Below are positions 51,782 through 64,000 of a DNA stretch of 64,000 nucleotides, in pieces. Each line of letters begins with the position of its first letter. Within the stretch, counting starts at the first letter, position 1. The notes beneath the pieces were generated by a model that ran no database searches, was not told where the DNA came from, and saw only the letters and a program-made list of their open reading frames with translations. Origin of the DNA: Octopus sinensis. Lineage: Eukaryota. The stretch is from contig NC_042997.1 of NCBI RefSeq assembly GCF_006345805.1, forward strand, positions 196,788,001-196,852,000, written 5' to 3'. The position numbers and the translations under genes were made by a program.

Positions 51782-52793
51782 TTATGTGTGTGTGTGGGGG
51801 TAATTTCATTATATATTTTTTGGGCGATGTGATTAACTATTATTGATTTTTTTTCATATGTCCTCAGATTTATGAGTTAAAAATCTGAGAATTTATGACA
51901 TTCTTGAAAACTCCAAGGGAATTAAGTGGTGTACCAAAGATAATGGCTTCTCTATAGAAGTGAAATTGGGACGCAGACATCGTTTATATGGAATCTGCTT
52001 TTACATTACAACAAAGCCTGGCTCTCCATAGACAGAGAAAGAGATGCAGAAAAAGAATGAAAGAGAAAGATATTAATCGTTATTGAATTCTTAGACAGAA
52101 ACACATCTGCGCATTTGATAAGAGACAAGGAATAAGATATGTCATTCTCAAAGAAAGTTGCTTCGTAAGTGAAAAGAATTCACTCCATCTGAACATGAAA
52201 ATGGGGTCACAAATCGACTTACTAATGGTAAGCGTTACTCTCGGTAAGTCATACGATTTCAGACAAAAGAGGGAACTTCGTAGAAATATGTTAAGAAGCT
52301 TGCTTCCCAACCACATGCTTTCTGGTTCAATTCCACATCATAGCACCTTGGTGAAGTGTCTATTATAATCGATAAATTAAGTTCCAGATGCGTACTGGAG
52401 TAGATCTAATCGACTGCTGCCCACTAAAAATTCAGGCCTTGTTCCTTTAGTAGAAAGTATTATAAATTCGGCTTAGTTTGTTGCAGTCGTCTGTTGAAAG
52501 CGCTCCAACTTTAATCGTGAATAACTTTTCTATCGTACATCAAGAAGTACACTGTACAATGACATTTTTTGTGGGAAGTTATATATGATATTATAAATAT
52601 CCGACTGCTATTTCCAGCCATACGAGCAGCTGCATAGAGGTACACTCGTCTCGAACCCTCCAGATTTTAGTCAAAGCATTCTCATTGGTTCGTGATGAAA
52701 TTGTTAAGTGAACATGTTGCTAAGTGGTTTACTACATCAGAAACTAATACGAAATTTGGTTCCTTATGGTTGCCGAGTTGCTAATGTGTGTGA

Positions 52794-52829
<36 letters not shown>

Positions 52830-53104
52830 TATAAATATATATGCAGCAGAATCTAATGTAATGCGGTATTATCTAACTATTGTAATGCTAACATATACTG
52901 TTAATCTTTATGTAGAAGTATGGCTTGATGCGCCACAGGAAGTATCGATCTGAAAATTTAATTAGACGAAGAATATTGTTGAATAGAGAGATTTCAGTTA
53001 AAATCACGATAAAAAAAGTGAAGTACAAGAACTTGCTGGTTAAATGTTTCAAGAGGCCTTTTTTTTTAACGAAATATGTCATCACAGAATGTATCTTTTA
53101 TTGT

Positions 53105-53262
53105 TTATCCTTTCCTGGTTTCAGTCATTAGTCTGCGGCCAAGCTTGGGCACCGCCTTGAAGAATTTCTAGTCGAATGAGTGAACCTCAGTACTTATTTT
53201 TAAAATTTATTTTTAAAAGTGTGGTACTTATCCTATCGGTCTCTTTTGCTAAACCGCTAAGC
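53105..53262 (-). mobile_element. SINE family A, 3' part
   Basis: cagtcattagtctgcggcc...gcaccgccttg...ctatcggtctcttttgctaaaccgctaag. Confidence 0.8.
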
Positions 53263-53264
53263 TA

Positions 53265-53590
53265 TTGCCTCGGGCTGCTGACGCGTAACTGACTCTTTTG
53301 GCCATGGTCGCGTAACCACTTTTGTTGTTTTGAGCTTCCGTTAAGTCGCTCTTCAGTTCAGACGAATGCTCCGTGAAGTTGTCCATACTCCGCATAAAAT
53401 ACAAATTTCGTCCCTGAATGGGGGGAAAAACCCAGCCATAAGCACAAGCCTGCAAACGCAGGTAGAGCACCAAAAAGACGCAAAAACAATAGCAAACAAA
53501 AGACAATCCCAAAAGGAAAGCCTACAACAAAGTAAAACCAACAAGTATTTAACTTCACAGCAGAAAAAAACACGTCTGTTCAACTCGAGA
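53265..53590 (-). pseudogene. Possible 5' UTR and ORF1 start of an L1/Tx1-like LINE
   Basis: T-rich leader then MDNFTEHSSELKSDLTEAQNNKSGYATMAKRVSYASAARG; the SYA motif is typical of gag-like ORF1 N-termini (recall). Confidence 0.3.
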
Positions 53591-53619
53591 TGACTGGAAC
53601 AAGCAAAAAGGATTTTATT

Positions 53620-53835
53620 AATACTAAGGCGGCGAGTCGTTAGCGCACCGGGAAAAATGCTTAGAAGAATTTCGTCTGTCTTTATGTTCTGCGATCGAAT
53701 TCCGCTGAGGTCGACATCGTCTTTCATTCTTTCGGGGTCAATAAAATGAGTACCAGTTAAGCACTGGTGTCGATCTAATAGACTTATCCACCTACCTCGT
53801 AATTCCTGGCCTTATGTCAAAATTTGAAACCGTTA
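53620..53835 (+). mobile_element. SINE family B, diverged
   Basis: aggcggcgagtcgttagcgcaccggg...ttcggggtcaataaaatgagtacc. Confidence 0.85.
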
Positions 53836-55894
53836 TTATTATTGTCTGAAAATGGCTTTAAACACTGATCATGCAATCTTAGGATAAAAAGGCGTTCCAG
53901 TCTTGCTATAGGCCACCCCCAATTTTCTTTCAGATGTGGTGTATTCAGGAGTACATTTTCTAATGTGTCCGTATTTCTTTATTCACCTATAGGGGCATAC
54001 ATAGAGGGGACAAAACAAGGACAGCCACCACAAAGGGACGGAATTACAAACACGATATGAAATTATTAATACGGTACAATGAAATCGAGTGAAGTCGAAT
54101 GAAATTTTTATTTAAAAATTAGCCAATGTAATATAAACCTTTGGGGTTTTTATTTAACCTGTCGGCTTTCTATTTTTCCTTTTGTTTTTTCATTTTCTTT
54201 TGTCCGTATTTACCTTACCTTTTTCCTTAATTTCACATTGACCGGCTACACCAGCACGGCTCCATGGACTCTCAACATCCTTACAACAGCAGTCCATCTT
54301 TTTACGAACATTTCTCTAATGTGTCCGTCAACTTTTCAAGCGACTGAGTCGTATTTAAAGGATATCCAACTGCTATTTACAGCATGATGATACACGTACA
54401 CACAAACATATGCATAAAATATATAGTGAGGGACCAGTCAATTACATCGTTCCCAATGATCAACTGCCATTTATTTTATAGACCCTACGAAAATGAAAAG
54501 ATGAAAGTCGACCGACCTCGGCGAAATTTGAACCCAGAACGTGATGCCAAAACAATTATTTCTAAGTAATATTATGTCCTTCGTATGAATGATGCTGCTA
54601 GCTCGCTGCCTTCTGTGACCTAAATATGTAACAACAGCAGTTTCACACTCTTTAATTCGTATTTCTATAATATACCAAATCACCGTTGCTTTCCAAGGCA
54701 GTCAAAAATTACTGCAACTTAGACTCCGTAGATTCTTTCTTTCTATTTTTGATTCCTTAACAATATCTTTCTGAGCAGAAACGATACAGCAGAGTCAAAT
54801 TATGACAACCACGTTGAAAATAACTTAATTAGTGAATACCCAAGGCCGAGTAATTTCAAAATTAATCGATGAAAAGAATGGCAACTACTGTCATAATTAA
54901 ATGAACCACTGGAGTAATCAACTAAAATCCTATATTTTCCTCTGCGGGTATAGTTCATAATAACTATTCAATAAATCTTATATTTACCTTAGCCTCTTGT
55001 ATCACAATGATTTCTTTCGACGCTGTTTTCATACGGAATATATTCTCGTTTAGGTGTTCCGTTTAACTGAATTTACAATCACGTTTTACTGGTGTATATA
55101 TTTCAATGTATATACTTACCTATGTATTTGTATTGGTTGTCAAATAAATCAGTTAGTCTTCTTTTTTCTATATTTTCTTATGCATTGGTTGTCAGCTAAA
55201 TTCGCTCGTTTTCATTTTTCTAAAGATATTTTTTCCTATGTATTATAATCCTTTCTCCTGTTACTTGAATTAATATGAAAAATATTTCTATCGTAGTGAT
55301 TCATGGTTGTGTAGTGGTAACTATTTTTGAAATTAGAATAAATTTTTCTTTTTTCAGTCACATGACCACGTAGTGCTACGTAGGAAAAATATGAACGAAT
55401 TTATCTGACAAACCATTTTGTCATTTCATCTAATGTATTTGTGGGTTCGAAATTCGATAGAGGCTGTTCATCTTTTTTTTTAGTCTGCGAAGAAATGACT
55501 AAAACTTGCCCTGTTTATAATTATACCATATGTTATATATATGTATTATTTCATATAACCTCTGCGTTATTGCATATATGTATTATATCACATATTTCCT
55601 CTATGCATGTGTTTATAAGTATTATTTTTGTGAGTTTTGAACACAGTACTGAGACAGGCTGCATACATTAACCTGAACAGTTACCTTCAGGAGTGAGAAT
55701 GTGCCTCATTGAAATTACTATAATTTTATTCTTTTATCAGTTTCGACCCAAAAGGCTGTGGCCATGCTTGGGCACCTTTGCATTTTATGTTTTCGATCAC
55801 AACAGAAGAATGAGTATAGCACAGTGTTCCACTCATCTTTGTACGCCTTGCAGAGTTTGGTCTCATCTGAAGCACAAAGAAAAGGTATGTTCTT

Positions 55895-56320
55895 ATTTCT
55901 TTACTGCCCACGAGGGGCTAAACACAGATAGGACAAACAAGGACAGACACACGGATTAAGTCGATTACATCGATCCCAGTGCGTAACTGGTACTTAATTT
56001 ATCGACCCCGAAAGGATGAAGGGCAAAGTCGACGCCGACGGAATTTGAACTCAGAACGTATAGTAGCAGACGAAATGTCTCTGAGCATTTCGCTGTGCGT
56101 GCTAACGATAATAATAATAATCATCCTCTCTACTATAGACACAAGGCCTGGATTTTGTGGGGAGGGGGACAAATACATCGACTCCAGTACTTCACTGGTA
56201 CTTAATTTATCCACCCCGAAATGATGAAAAGCAAAGTCGGCCTCGACGGTTTTTGGACTCAGAACGTAGCGGCAGACGAAATCACGGTAAGCATTTCACT
56301 TGGAATGTTAACGATTCTAT
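55895..56320 (-). mobile_element. Two adjacent SINE family B copies with different tails
   Basis: cgaccccgaaaggatgaagggcaaagtcgac (about 56005) and ccaccccgaaatgatgaaaagcaaagtcggcc (about 56211). Confidence 0.85.
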
Positions 56321-56519
56321 CACCTCAATGCTTTTTACTCTCATTAAAATAATGCTTTCATATATCCTAGTTTGATGATTGCAAAATGCATAAAATTGCA
56401 TTTCGGCCCAGTAACGTCTAAAGATACCCACATTACGGTGATTAATTAAGGGTTACGAGTAACATTTATGCCTGAATTCTATTTCTTACACTTTCACGAA
56501 AGGGATTATGAAGATATTC

Positions 56520-56825
56520 TTCACATGATCACGTGATTGACCAGGTTATCGGATGTTGCTATAATCACTGGTGACAATGCCCTTTGCATAGTTTTAGCTT
56601 TCGAATGATGTCACCCCGCTGGCCAGGCGAACAAGTGAACATTTTCCCTGATCAGAAGACCAGTCCATCGCAGGGTCACCCATTTACAGCTGGCTCAGTG
56701 GACTGGAGCGACGTGAAATGAAGTGTATTGCTCCAAAACACAATGCATCACCTGGTCCGGAAATCGAACCTGCGACTTAGCGATTGTGAATACAAAGCCC
56801 TAACAACTAGGTCACGTGCCTTTAT
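56520..56825 (-). mobile_element. SINE related to family D (same CORE-like block, different 3' module), diverged
   Basis: cagctg...gtggactggagcgacgtgaaatgaagtgtattgctc; ggaaatcgaacc box B-like. Confidence 0.75.
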
Positions 56826-57994
56826 ATGAAGCTATTATTAAAAAAGAAGGAAAATCAAAACGTCACATCTGCAGGTGTTTTTGCGAAATCGCCATACACA
56901 GCTTGTAAAAGTTTCCTCCCTCGGTTCTCCTCTTAACAATTTCCACAAAGTCTTCAAAACTGGGAATATTAACAATATTTTCGACACCAAACTTTGATAT
57001 TCTTTTCATTCCCTGTGTGTATTCATGGAAGTACGAAACATTAATGTCAGCACAGCATAAAAATAAGTACTTGTGATTCTGTAACTACCGTCATTATTTT
57101 CTTTCACTTCATTCCCATAGCAAACATTTTCATGAAGATAAATTCCAAAATATCAATCCATATATATCTCACATATTTTCCTCTTCTCGTTTCTGGGTCT
57201 TTTCAATTGGTTTCAGATAAAGCCAAAATCTCATATTGCTGTGACAAAAAATTCGTATTGTAAACAAGAATATACTATACACATTGCAAGTCCTTAAAGC
57301 TACGTTTTCTATCATATTCGTGAGTCGCCCTAAGCATTACAAGAGAAAACTATGCGGAAATCTTTCATATGGCCAACACTGTGTGAGACTCAGTCATCTC
57401 CGTGATAACGTGATAAGTACAACGGTCTGAAGAATAGTACACTGTCAAATTCACGGTAATCCAATGAATGAATAGGTAGATTCAATTCTCTATACAGAAA
57501 GCACGATAATCTCAACTGACAAAATAAATCACAATTTTATCACGACCGACTGGTCGCTATCGCTCGAGAAAGTTAACAGAAACAAATTCACCGATATTAT
57601 GTCTAGCACGAAACGTTTTTGACATCGTTTGCCGATCTTGTCAGTCAACCTGTCACTGAGGGATTCCTCTCGAAACAATCTCGATACGGAATTTCTATTG
57701 AAAATATTGTTCACAAAGACTCTTAGTGTTTCAACAGCCGGTTTGGCTTGGAGAATGTGTGGATAACGGAAATAAAAAAAAAAACAGGCGAAAGCGAATG
57801 CCTAAAGAATGCGGATGTTCATTGACATCAACGATGTTGTTCAATGCATCTGGAGTGGGCGGTGGCGTTTATGAGAGGAAACTAAGTGTCGAAGTAGTTG
57901 TGATCTACTGGTGAAAGGAACAACACGCCATGAAAGCTGTGTGCATGACTCTCTTTATTAATGCATACATATGTATGTATATAGACATACATAT

Positions 57995-58048
<54 letters not shown>

Positions 58049-58311
58049 CTGTTGCCTCGTGAATATTTATTCCTCCTGGCTTCTTGCCGATGAGACGGGC
58101 CTGTGGTAAATTGACTTGATTAAATTTAATTTATTTAATTAGGCTGGTTTACCAAAAAGTACGTCGAAACAATGCATTGTCCAAAGATGATTAGGGTAAA
58201 TGTTTTTAATTTTCCTTGATTTCTGAATTACTACCATTTAGCGGTTTGAGTTTAGCTGCTCGTTTTAGTGAGTTGAATGACCTATTAAGGCCATTCCTTA
58301 ATATTATTGTC

Positions 58312-58373
<62 letters not shown>

Positions 58374-58526
58374 GCACACATATACATACAGACATGTATC
58401 ACAAACACACACATGTATATATATGTGTAGATGTGTATATACACATATGTTTACGTGTTTATATGTATACATATAAATACATACATGTTTATATATGTAT
58501 AATCGTGTTATATATATTATATATAT

Positions 58527-58688
58527 ACGACGGGCTTCTTTCAGTTTCTGTCTCCCAAATCCACTCACAAGGCTTTGGTCGGCCCGAGCCAATAGTAGAA
58601 GATACTTGCCCAAGGTGCCACGTGGGGATGAACCCGGAACCATGTGGTTGGTAAGCAAGCTACTTACCACACGGCCACTCCTGCGCCT
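58527..58688 (-). mobile_element. SINE family A, 5' part
   Basis: cgacgggcttctttcag...ccactcctgcgcc. Confidence 0.9.
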
Positions 58689-58979
58689 ATTGTATATACG
58701 TGTATATATATGTATATTCTTGTATATTCTTCGAAACGTAGAGTAGATGAAACCATAGCGACTGAAGAAGGGGTTTTTTCTTTGTGTTAATTGTCCTGTA
58801 ATCTATTTTTTTGTTGTTTAAAAAAATGTCCAGTTCCTTCGGTTTGTGCCTATGTTTTCGTTTCTCATTGTGTTCGACGTCTTTTTGGTGTCCTGTACTC
58901 ATATATGCGTGTATATGTACATGTAGAGGTAGGTACGTACATATATGTTTATATATATGCATATGTTTTATTTTATTTA

Positions 58980-59018
<39 letters not shown>

Positions 59019-59650
59019 ATATATATATATATATATATATGAGTATGTGCTTGTGTGAACGATCCACTTGCTGCTGCTTTCCACGCACATGTCTGTATTT
59101 TGCTGCCAGTCATGAAACCGAAGTTAGATTTACAAATACACAATCCAATCAAACTGTCGACATGTCGGATTCCTTGTTCAGACTCACTCTACAAAAAACA
59201 AACACACACACATAGACAGATATAAATAGAGTGAAGGAGATGTGCTGTCATAGTTATACAGAAGATAGTTTGCTGCACAACTCACAAACATATTTTAGCG
59301 GGCTACACAGAGACAGACACATACACAGACTTAAATGCATGCATTCTTTTCATTTAAATGCCTATCAATGTCTGTCTGTAAAACAATATAGTTATTTCAA
59401 AATGAATGAAATGATCGGTCTCGTGTCTAAAATCAAAGCGAAATGATTCGACAACAATGGGTCGATATAAATATCACATTCGTACATTCACTGGAAACTA
59501 TGGCATCGGGTACTGTTTTCAGGTCAGTACCACAACAAAGATGCCGTCCAATTACATAAGCCAGAAAAATTTTGTTTTAATAATATACATATGTGCGTAT
59601 GTATAGTATGCGCAGGAGTGGCTGTGTGGTAAGAAGCCCGCTGGTAGTCA

Positions 59651-60596
59651 GCGAGCTGGCTGAAACGTTAGCACGCCGGGCGAAATGCGTAGCAGTATTT
59701 CGTCTGGCGTTACGTTCAGAGTTCAAATTCCGCCGAGGTTGACTTTGCCTTTCGTGCTTTTGGGGTCGATTAAATAAATACCAGTTACTCACTGGGGTCG
59801 ATATAATCGACTCAATCCGTTTGTCTGTCCTTGTTTGTCCTCTGTGTTTAACCCCTTGTGGGTAGTAAAGAAATAGGTATTTCGTCTGCCTCTACGTTCT
59901 GAGTTCAAATTCCGCCGAGGTTGACTTTGCCTTTCGTGCTTTTGGGGTCGATTAAATAAGTACCAGTTACTCACTAGGGTCGATATAATCGACTTAATCC
60001 GTTTGTCTGTGCTTGTTTGTCCTCTGTGTTTAGCCCCTTGTGGGTAGTAAAGAAATAGGTATTTCGTCTGCCTCTACGTTCTGAGTTCAAATTCCGCCGA
60101 GGTTGACTTTGCCTTTCGTGCTTTTGGGGTCGATTAAATAAATACCAGTTACTCACTGGGGTCGATATAATCGACTTAATCCGTTTGTCTGTCCTTGTTT
60201 GTCCCCTTTGTGTTTAGCCCCTTGTGGGTAGTAAAGAAATAGGTATTTCGTCTGCCTCTACGTTCTGAGTTCAAATTCCGCCGAGCTCGACTTTGCCTTT
60301 CAACCTTTCGGGGTCGATTAAATAAGTACCAGTTACGTACTGGGGTCGATATAATCGACTTAATCCGTTTGTCTGTCCTTGTTTGTCCCCTTTGTGTTTA
60401 GCCCCTTGTGGGTAGTAAAGAAATAGGTATTTCGTCTGCCTCTACGTTCTGAGTTCAAATTCCGCCGAGGTCGACTTTGCCTTTCATCCTTTCGGGGTCG
60501 ATTAAATAAGTACCAGTTACGTACTGGGGTCGATATAATCGACTTAATCCGTTTGCCTGTCCTTGTTTGTCCCCTTTGTGTTTAGCCCCTTGTTTA
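59651..60596 (+). mobile_element. SINE family B head followed by five tandem ~180-bp modules
   Basis: aaataggtatttcgtctgcctctacgttctgagttcaaattccgccgag recurs at about 59872, 60052, 60236 and 60419. Confidence 0.95.
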
Positions 60597-60618
60597 GCGC
60601 CGAATTTATATATCATAC

Positions 60619-60669
60619 CTTGTGATTCCAACACATCACTCAACAAATACACAACACATTTTGTCTTAT
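60619..60669 (-). CDS. Candidate 51-nt phase 1-1 micro-exon (KTKCVVYLLSDVLESQ)
   Basis: ggttttttttctcag| ... CAAG|gtatga; open frame. Confidence 0.25.
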
Positions 60670-61014
60670 CTGAGAAAAAAAACCCAAAAACGCCAGAAAG
60701 GAAAAGGGTCTTTGTGGTTTCTCATAGTCCAGCGTATATTGTAACAGTTATATTGAGACAAGTATAAATCACTGTGTAAACGCTATCTTTAAGATAGCAG
60801 GTTCGACTTTAGGAATAGATAGAAAAGGAGGAAGAAGGTGACGGAGGGAAAAGGAGATATAAATAGTGTAGATATGTATTCAGGCTATTTATTAAAAAGT
60901 TGAGTGAACTAGGGTAGAGGGTTTATAAAGTATACTATAATAATTTATAATAATGCCACTTACATTTTCGACCTGAAGGCGTTATATTGCAATGATTTAC
61001 TACTTTAGGAATTA

Positions 61015-61135
61015 TAGAATAATAACAATAATAATGATGATAATAATAATAATAATAAAAATAATAATAATAATAACGATAATAATAATAATGATAATAG
61101 GAATATAGATGATGATAATAATAATAATAATAATA
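61015..61135. repeat. (AAT)n microsatellite
   Basis: Direct inspection. Confidence 0.95.
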
Positions 61136-61746
61136 AAAACGACAGCAATGATAAAATTCCTAATTATACTAATAGCACTGTAAATATATTTTTTATAACT
61201 GAAAACGGAAATATGTGTGCGCTTGTGTGTGGGTATGTTTGTATGTGTATGTTTGTATGTGTGTATATAGATGCAGATATATATAAAATACACAGTAGTC
61301 CTATAGAAGTATTTATGAAGATTTTTATGCATATATATATATATATATATATAAACATATATACACATGTATATATATATACTTACATACATGTATATAC
61401 ATATACACATACACATACATACACATATAAACACACACGCACACCCACATATATATATGTGTGTGTGTATATATGTGTCTGTGTGTGTGATTGCATACAT
61501 TATAAGCATACATTCTTTTGACAGAGATTTTGCAGTTAAATTTTCGTGCAATTTATTCATATGGAAGTCCATACTCTAACAGCACGAACTTCTACGCGCA
61601 CACACGTAGACACACATGCGCACACACACACAAAAAAACACAGATGCACATTTTTGTGTGTGTTTCTGTGTACCTGTGTGTATGCATACATATATATATA
61701 TATAATATATATTATATATATATACACACACACATATACATATATT

Positions 61747-62162
61747 CTTTACTCTTTTACTCTTTTACTTGTTTCAGTCATTTGACTGCGGCCATGCTGG
61801 AGCCCCACCTTTAGTCGAGCAAATCGACCCCGGGACTTATTCTTGTAAGCCCAATACTTATTCTATCGGTCTCTTTTGCCAAACCGCTAAGTGACGGGGA
61901 CGTAAACACACCAGCATCGGTTGTCAAGCAATGCTAGGGGACAAACACAGACACACAAACATACACACACACTTATATATATATATATATATATACATAT
62001 ATACGACAGGCTTCTTTCAGTTTCCGTCTACCAAATCCACTCACAAAGCACTGGTCGGCCTGGGGCTATAGCAGAAGACACTTGCCCAAGATGCCACGCA
62101 GTGGGACTGAACCATGTGGTTGGTTTGCAAGCTACTTACCACAAAGCCACTCCTGCGCCTAT
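61747..62162 (-). mobile_element. SINE family A, full-length
   Basis: (tactctt)n tail through to ccactcctgcgccta head. Confidence 0.93.
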
Positions 62163-62174
62163 ATATATATATAT

Positions 62175-62535
62175 ATATTCTTTTATTCCTTCATTTTTTT
62201 ACAGTTTTCAGTCCTTTGACTACGACCATACTGGAGCACCGCGTTTGTCGAAGAAATAGACCCCAGGACTTATTCTTTGTAAGTCTATTACTTATTTTAT
62301 TGGTGACTTTTGTCGAACCGCTAAGTTACGTTGTCATAAACACACCAATGTCCGTTGCCAAGCAATGGTGGGGGGGGGACACGCACAAATACACACACAC
62401 ATATATTTATATATATATACGACGGGCTTCCGTCAATTTGGTCTGGCCAAGGCTATAGAAGACACTTGGGCAAGGCGCCAGGCAGTGGGAGTGAACCCGG
62501 AACCATGTGGTTGGAAAGCAAGCTTGTTACAACAT
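62175..62535 (-). mobile_element. SINE family A, diverged tandem neighbour
   Basis: ctggagcaccgcg...gaaccgctaagttacg...gaacccggaaccatgtggttggaaagcaagc. Confidence 0.8.
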
Positions 62536-62550
62536 ACATATATATATTAT

Positions 62551-62717
62551 TATATTAAGGGCTTATACTATAGGTAACGCCTCACGCTCTAAAGGGACTT
62601 TGAAGCCAAACAACTTCGATACATACTTATATGTATATCTATTGAAGTAGTTTGACTTTAGAATCCCCTTACAGCGTGAGGCGTTAGTCATAATAATAGA
62701 TAATAGCCCTTAATATA
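62551..62717. repeat. Imperfect 167-bp palindrome (fold-back / MITE-like)
   Basis: tatattaagggc...taacgcctcacgct...aaggga...caaac.acttc vs reverse complement of the right arm. Confidence 0.8.
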
Positions 62718-62825
62718 ATGACGTATGTTATATTTGGGTTTAAAATGATATAGTTTGAAATAAGTTTTCTCCTTAATTGGTGTTCCACGCTGGCTACTTA
62801 ATAAATCTTATATACATTTTATCCT

Positions 62826-62904
<79 letters not shown>

Positions 62905-62908
<4 letters not shown>

Positions 62909-63065
62909 TCTCCTTGTTTTTTTGTGTCCCTTTCTGTAGAAGAGCGTAGGCTCGAAACATAAAAGAGTTTTTCTATTCCTGAGCGTTATACTAATACATC
63001 TGTTTGTTTTGTACACCACCTGTCTTCGTCTCTTGTTTTTTTAGTAAACTCTCCCTAAATTTATA
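62905..63065 (+). repeat. PLE pseudo-LTR-like repeat with hammerhead-like core variant CTGTAGA, flanked by (TA)n on both sides
   Basis: cttt CTGTAGA A GAGC gtag GCTC GAAAC ATA aaag. Confidence 0.65.
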
Positions 63066-63736
63066 TATATACATACACGTTTGGTGGTTGTCTATTTCTT
63101 ATGAAGAATTTGACCACCTCCTGTACATACACCTAGAACCATCATGGCATCTGGTGTGGCATTTTAAACTAGAAAATGCATTGAAAAGATACCCACATAA
63201 ATTGCATATCCGATTTAGATCAACAAGAGCTGCAGTTATGTTCTGATCTTTGTGGATGTTAAAATGTACTTATATGTGTGTCTCCTCTCTCTCTCCCTCC
63301 CTCTCTCTCTCTGTGTGTATAAAAAGAAATACATATGTATGTATATACATATGTAAATATATTCCATTTGGATTTTAATCTTCGGTTTGTTTTATTAAGC
63401 CTGGTCGCTGTTACCGGCCATGAGATACGAGTAAAACACGGAAATGGAAACTTTTTGCTGATGATACATCCAAGAACCCGTAAATTTCCATTGAATTGAT
63501 TTAAATATTAATAAGGTGAATGGAGTGTATAATCCGTTTTTATTACATTATTTTTACATGTGTTTCATGGACATTTCGTCAGAAGTGTATAGCTATATTA
63601 TTATATGTTATGCGTAACAATACATTGCATCGGCATTATTGTACTACTACTGCAGAAATATCGACTCCTCAGGTTTATGTATAAATTCCATTAATATATA
63701 TGTATACATTAAGGCACTAGTACATACATACACACA

Positions 63737-64000
63737 AGTGAAGGCGCATGGCCCAGTGGTTAGAGCGTCGAGCTTACGATCGTGAGGTTGTGTGCTTGAA
63801 TCCCGGACCGGGCTGCGTGTTGTGTTCTTGAGCAAGACACTTTATTTCACGTTGCTCCAGTTCACTCGCCTGCAGAAATTAGTTGCGATGTCACAGGTGC
63901 CAAGCTGTATCGGCCCTTTTGCCTTTCCCTTGGATAACACTGGTGGTGTGGAGAAGGGAGGCCGGTATCCGTGGGCGACTGCTGGTCGTCCATAAACAAC
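63737..64000 (+). mobile_element. SINE family D, running off the window end
   Basis: gtgaaggcgcatggcccagtggttagagcg...ttgaatcccgg...gcaagacactttatttcacgttgctccag. Confidence 0.92.

Noticed and set aside
57217-57319. Plus-strand segment with strong AG and GT signals
   Set aside because: Stops in all three frames and no other support.
58730-58775. CTTCGAAACGTA followed downstream by CTGAAGAAG
   Set aside because: The halves are in the wrong order, with no pairing to form a type II or III hammerhead.
2440-61814. Many ORFs rich in YI/HT/CV (e.g. 2440-2839, 39077-39824, 42655-43502, 58206-59215, 61012-61814)
   Set aside because: They are translations of (TA)/(CA)/(TG)/(AAT) microsatellites, not genes.
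1294-62577. Recurrent ORFs containing LLSVSVYQIHSQGFG...EDTCPRCHAVGLNPEPC
   Set aside because: These are antisense translations of SINE family A copies, not a protein family.
63550-63590. Minus-strand CTGACGA-AATG-TC-CAT-GAAACACATGTA
   Set aside because: Stem II loop of 2 nt and stem I of 2 bp; not foldable as a functional hammerhead.

Overview
AT-rich, repeat-dominated animal genomic DNA, most likely from an octopus. That assignment is inferred from my recall of octopus tRNA-derived SINEs and the very dense (TA)n/(CA)n/(TACA)n microsatellites; it was not checked against a database. No complete host gene can be supported. Most short ORFs in the supplied track are microsatellite or SINE read-throughs, though a few short minus-strand segments have exon-like splice signals. 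The window holds about 40 copies or fragments of four tRNA-derived SINE families (labelled A-D here), several RTE/other LINE relics, a full-length but mutated Tc1-like transposon with DD36E spacing (40507-41769), several MITEs, three large tandem arrays (29-bp; 57/65-bp; ~180-bp SINE module) and a 100-N gap. The most notable element is a 5'-truncated GIY-YIG Penelope-like retroelement (PLE, minus strand, ~34297-37505). It carries a type I hammerhead ribozyme at its 3' end and a perfect 100-bp inverted copy of the ribozyme's 3' part at its other end. Two more hammerheads with the same architecture (palindromic minimal stem III, GUA cleavage triplet) lie at ~19281-19369 and ~19515-19575. A dispersed repeat family carries a shared A6U hammerhead-core variant. 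Hammerheads in PLEs are an established phenomenon; the specific architectures here are read from the sequence and untested.
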